Assembly (NCBI GenBank): GCA_035573955.1
Contig: DATLZO010000018.1
Coordinates: forward strand, 1 to 45,379
Source of the DNA: Minisyncoccota bacterium
Lineage (GTDB): Bacteria; Patescibacteriota; Minisyncoccia; UBA6257; GWB1-50-10
Reading direction: 5' to 3'
DNA: 45,379 bases
A program made the position numbers and the translations under genes. Positions 42,725-45,379 of the stretch are shown one piece after another (position 1 is the first letter of the stretch; each line of letters begins with the position of its first letter). The notes beneath the pieces were generated by a model that was not told the origin of the DNA, ran no database searches, and saw only the letters and a list, made by a program, of their open reading frames with translations.

Positions 42725-43339
42725 ATGGACAATAAGGCGGAATTACTCAAAGCTCTTGAGAGAGAAATGGAAGCCGACAGATCGCTCCCGCTTCAAGAAT
42801 CCAATCTTGTTTTCGGTGAAGGCAATCCCGATTGCAAGGTGATGTTTATAGGCGAAGGGCCAGGATTTTACGAAGATAAAATGAAGCGTCCCTTTGTGGG
42901 CCGAGCCGGCCAGCTCCTCGACCGGCTGATAGCCGGCATCGGCTGGAGAAGGGAGGATGTTTACATAACTAACATCGTGAAGCGTCGACCACCCGAAAAC
43001 CGCGACCCGTTTCCCAACGAAATAGCGGCCTATGCTCCCTACCTAACGCGGCAGATAGAGATTATTGGGCCCACAGTCATCGTCCCGCTCGGCCGCTTTG
43101 CGATGAATTACTTTTTGCCGCAGGCAAAAATATCGCGTGACCAGGGAAAACTTTTTAAATCCGGCGGCCGCTACATCTATCCACTTTTTCATCCGGCGGC
43201 GGCGCTGCGCGGCACGGAGACACTGAACGCTTTGACATCAAGTTTCATGAAATTACCGGATATGCTGAAAAAACTCGACGCGGTTGCCGAAATCGTCGCC
43301 GACGAGAAGAAGGGAAGCGCTCAAGAAAGTCTGTTTTAA
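42725..43339 (+). CDS. Family-4-type uracil-DNA glycosylase lacking the Fe-S Cys ligands
   Basis: VFGEGNP, MFIGEGPG..ED...RPFVGRAG, YITNIVK.RPP.NRDP, LGRFA and FHPAAAL. Confidence 0.9.
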   Translation: MDNKAELLKALEREMEADRSLPLQESNLVFGEGNPDCKVMFIGEGPGFYEDKMKRPFVGRAGQLLDRLIAGIGWRREDVYITNIVKRRPPENRDPFPNEIAAYAPYLTRQIEIIGPTVIVPLGRFAMNYFLPQAKISRDQGKLFKSGGRYIYPLFHPAAALRGTETLNALTSSFMKLPDMLKKLDAVAEIVADEKKGSAQESLF

Positions 43340-43400
43340 AGAAGCGAGGGGTGAAATTCCCAGCAGCAAAGTTCAGAGCTCATTCCGTTATAATTAGTAT

Positions 43401-43742
43401 ATGAATTTCGCGCTGATCTACGTTTTGGAAAGGTTTTTCTACAGAATCTACCGCTTTTTAGACCACTGGTATGTGAGAAGCGTCAAAATCTATTCCAATT
43501 TCATTCTTGATCTTTTGGGCCGCGTCGACTATTACCTTGCTTGGAAGATAACCCTCCGCCACCTCTTCGAACCGCTTTATAAGGACTATTCCGTCCTAGG
43601 TTATGTTCTAGGTTTCGTTTTTCGGATCTCGCGGTTAGTGGGCGCCGGTATTTGCTACCTCATTATTTTTATCTTTGCCATCGCCGCCTATCTTACTTGG
43701 TTGCTCTTCATTCCCTACGCCGTTTACAAGATATTCACCTAA
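43401..43742 (+). CDS. Small membrane protein coupled to the Clp-type ATPase
   Basis: 113 aa. FLDHWY, LFEPLYKDYSVLGYVLGFVFR and a C-terminal hydrophobic hairpin. Its stop directly abuts the next ATG. Confidence 0.75.
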   Translation: MNFALIYVLERFFYRIYRFLDHWYVRSVKIYSNFILDLLGRVDYYLAWKITLRHLFEPLYKDYSVLGYVLGFVFRISRLVGAGICYLIIFIFAIAAYLTWLLFIPYAVYKIFT

Positions 43743-45379
43743 ATGACTGTATTTTTCGAGGACAAGAGACTTTATCTCACGCGCGGTGGGGAATTCCTGA
43801 CGCGTCTCTTTTCCTCCGTCTCTTATTTCTTCCTTGCGGCCGCAACAGCCGTTCTTTTTCTCTCGGAATCCGGGAATCAAATATGGCTTGCTGTCATTCT
43901 CACGCTCTTTCTCGCCGACCGTCTACTCCATTTCAACGAGGCGGAAAAATCGCTCGGGGAGTTGAAGGAAGAAAAAGCTAATCTCGCCGATTTTGCGACG
44001 CCGGCTGTCCACAGCATTATCCGCCGCGCCTTTTTCAAATCCCGAGTTCTCCGACAGGATTTTTACCTCACTATTTTCAAGGAGCTCATCTTAAATCGCG
44101 ATGTCGAGGAAATTCTCAGGCGGCTCAGCGTGCCGCCGGAGGAAATTCTCGCAAAAGTTGAGGAAAAATTGGACGACAGCGCTGTCACCGAAAGCCGGAC
44201 CGAGGTTCTCAAAAAAATCGAGGAACTTGTTGTTGCCGCTTGTGAGAATGCCAAGAAGACACACGAACGTTTCATTGAACCGAGAAATGTTTTTGCTGCA
44301 CTATGCACCTTGCGCAACAACGCGGCGATTGCAAATCTTTTCTCACTTTTTGAAATCGAGACGCTCGATCTGGAAGAGGCGGCGGTTTTCGGCCGTTTCC
44401 GCCGGAAATTCTCCCGACTTAGCCGTTTACCGTCTGCTTTGGGCGGTTTTGCCCACCGCCCTCGGTTTTTACGGAAGCGCGTTATGAACCGCGCTTGGAC
44501 GGCAAGACCGACGCCGCTTTTAGACCAGTTCAGTGAGGACCTTACCAATCTGGCCCGGGAGGAGAAGATCGGTTTTCTCATCGGTCATGAGAAAGAATTC
44601 AACGAGATACTTTCGGTTATTTCCAGACCGGGTAAACCCAACGTGCTTCTTATCGGCGAGCCCGGAGTGGGGAAGTCAACTGTTATCGCTCACCTCGCCT
44701 TTCGAATGGTGAAAGACGATGTTCCGCCCATACTATTCGACAAACGTCTGGTCAAGTTGGAGCTTTCCTCGCTCCTTTCCGGAGCGACGCCGGAGATTAT
44801 TGCCGAACGTCTCCAGCAGATAGCCGATGAGATAATCACCGCAGATAATATCGTTCTATTCATTCCCAACATCCACGACTTTTTCCGGACGGGGACGGAG
44901 AGGACGCTCTCGGCCATTGATTTTTTCTTACCCCTCATCAAGCGTGACGGTATTCCTGTAATAGGTGAGACTTTTCCGCGCGAATTCAAGGAATACATTG
45001 AACCGCGCACGGATTTCTTGAGCCAGTTCGAAACGGTGAGGATAGAAGAAATATCCATCGAGGAGGCTTATCGCTTTCTTATCTATAACAGTCTTATCTT
45101 AGAAAAAGAGTTTAAGAAAGAAATTTCCCTGCGAGCGGTTAAGGGCGCTGTGCGGCTCGCCCACCGCTATTTTCGTAATCGCCTTCTACCTGGTTCGGCA
45201 GTCGATCTTTTGAAGCACGCCCTGGTCGAGGCCGACCGACGAGGCGAAAAAATTCTTACCGAGGATTCGGTCACCGCCGTCGCTGAGGCGGAGAGTCGTA
45301 TTCCTATCCAGAAGGCGGGCCGCGATGAAACGGAGAAGCTTCTGAATCTCGAAGAATTAATCCATAAGAAGCTTGTTAA
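43743..45379 (+). CDS. Membrane-anchored ClpA/B/C-like AAA+ ATPase (partial, runs off the window; not in the ORF track)
   Basis: Hand translation from ATG at 43743: two N-terminal hydrophobic helices, MNRAWTARPTP.LDQFSEDLT, IGHEKE, NVLLIGEPGVGKST, RLVKLEL, RYF.NR.LPGSAVDLL and SRIP..K...ETEKLLNLEE.IH. Confidence 0.88.
   Translation, partial: MTVFFEDKRLYLTRGGEFLTRLFSSVSYFFLAAATAVLFLSESGNQIWLAVILTLFLADRLLHFNEAEKSLGELKEEKANLADFATPAVHSIIRRAFFKSRVLRQDFYLTIFKELILNRDVEEILRRLSVPPEEILAKVEEKLDDSAVTESRTEVLKKIEELVVAACENAKKTHERFIEPRNVFAALCTLRNNAAIANLFSLFEIETLDLEEAAVFGRFRRKFSRLSRLPSALGGFAHRPRFLRKRVMNRAWTARPTPLLDQFSEDLTNLAREEKIGFLIGHEKEFNEILSVISRPGKPNVLLIGEPGVGKSTVIAHLAFRMVKDDVPPILFDKRLVKLELSSLLSGATPEIIAERLQQIADEIITADNIVLFIPNIHDFFRTGTERTLSAIDFFLPLIKRDGIPVIGETFPREFKEYIEPRTDFLSQFETVRIEEISIEEAYRFLIYNSLILEKEFKKEISLRAVKGAVRLAHRYFRNRLLPGSAVDLLKHALVEADRRGEKILTEDSVTAVAEAESRIPIQKAGRDETEKLLNLEELIHKKLV

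Noticed and set aside
1-45379. Stop-codon reassignment or selenocysteine recoding
   Set aside because: TGA terminates clear genes (rpmH, tsaE, rnpA-yidC junction, yraN) at their expected ends, and no conserved gene needs read-through.

Overview
Chromosomal fragment of a small-genome bacterium, most consistent with Patescibacteria/CPR (Parcubacteria-like). Support: compact, translationally coupled genes, several shortened core proteins and a PrgI/VirB4/pilin locus. TGA is used as a stop codon, so the genetic code is 11, not the code 25 of Gracilibacteria. The window spans the canonical origin block (jag-yidC-rnpA-rpmH / dnaA-oriC-dnaN). Directly left of it is a ~12 kb co-oriented T4SS-like operon with VirB6-, PrgI-, TrsD- and VirB4-like genes and a VirB2-type pilin fused to a zinc-peptidase domain; no relaxase or coupling protein is visible in the window. 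The rest is mostly housekeeping: split PMM/PGM, yraN, dksA/traR-like, comM, LysM-M23, ksgA, class A PBP, ruvA/B/C, yebC, histidine kinase, polA, tsaE, pilB/gspE, mutM, holA, rpsT, murE, beta-CASP nuclease, LOG, amino-acid permease, murB, UDG and a membrane-anchored Clp-type ATPase. Features missing from the ORF track were found by reading the sequence: partial ftsK, rpmH, a 49-aa acidic microprotein with its own promoter and terminator, a 6S-like RNA, tRNA-Arg(CCG) overlapping a CDS, the partial Clp ATPase, DnaA boxes and trios, and many 7-nt tandem arrays. All family calls come from motif recognition by eye; no database searches were run.
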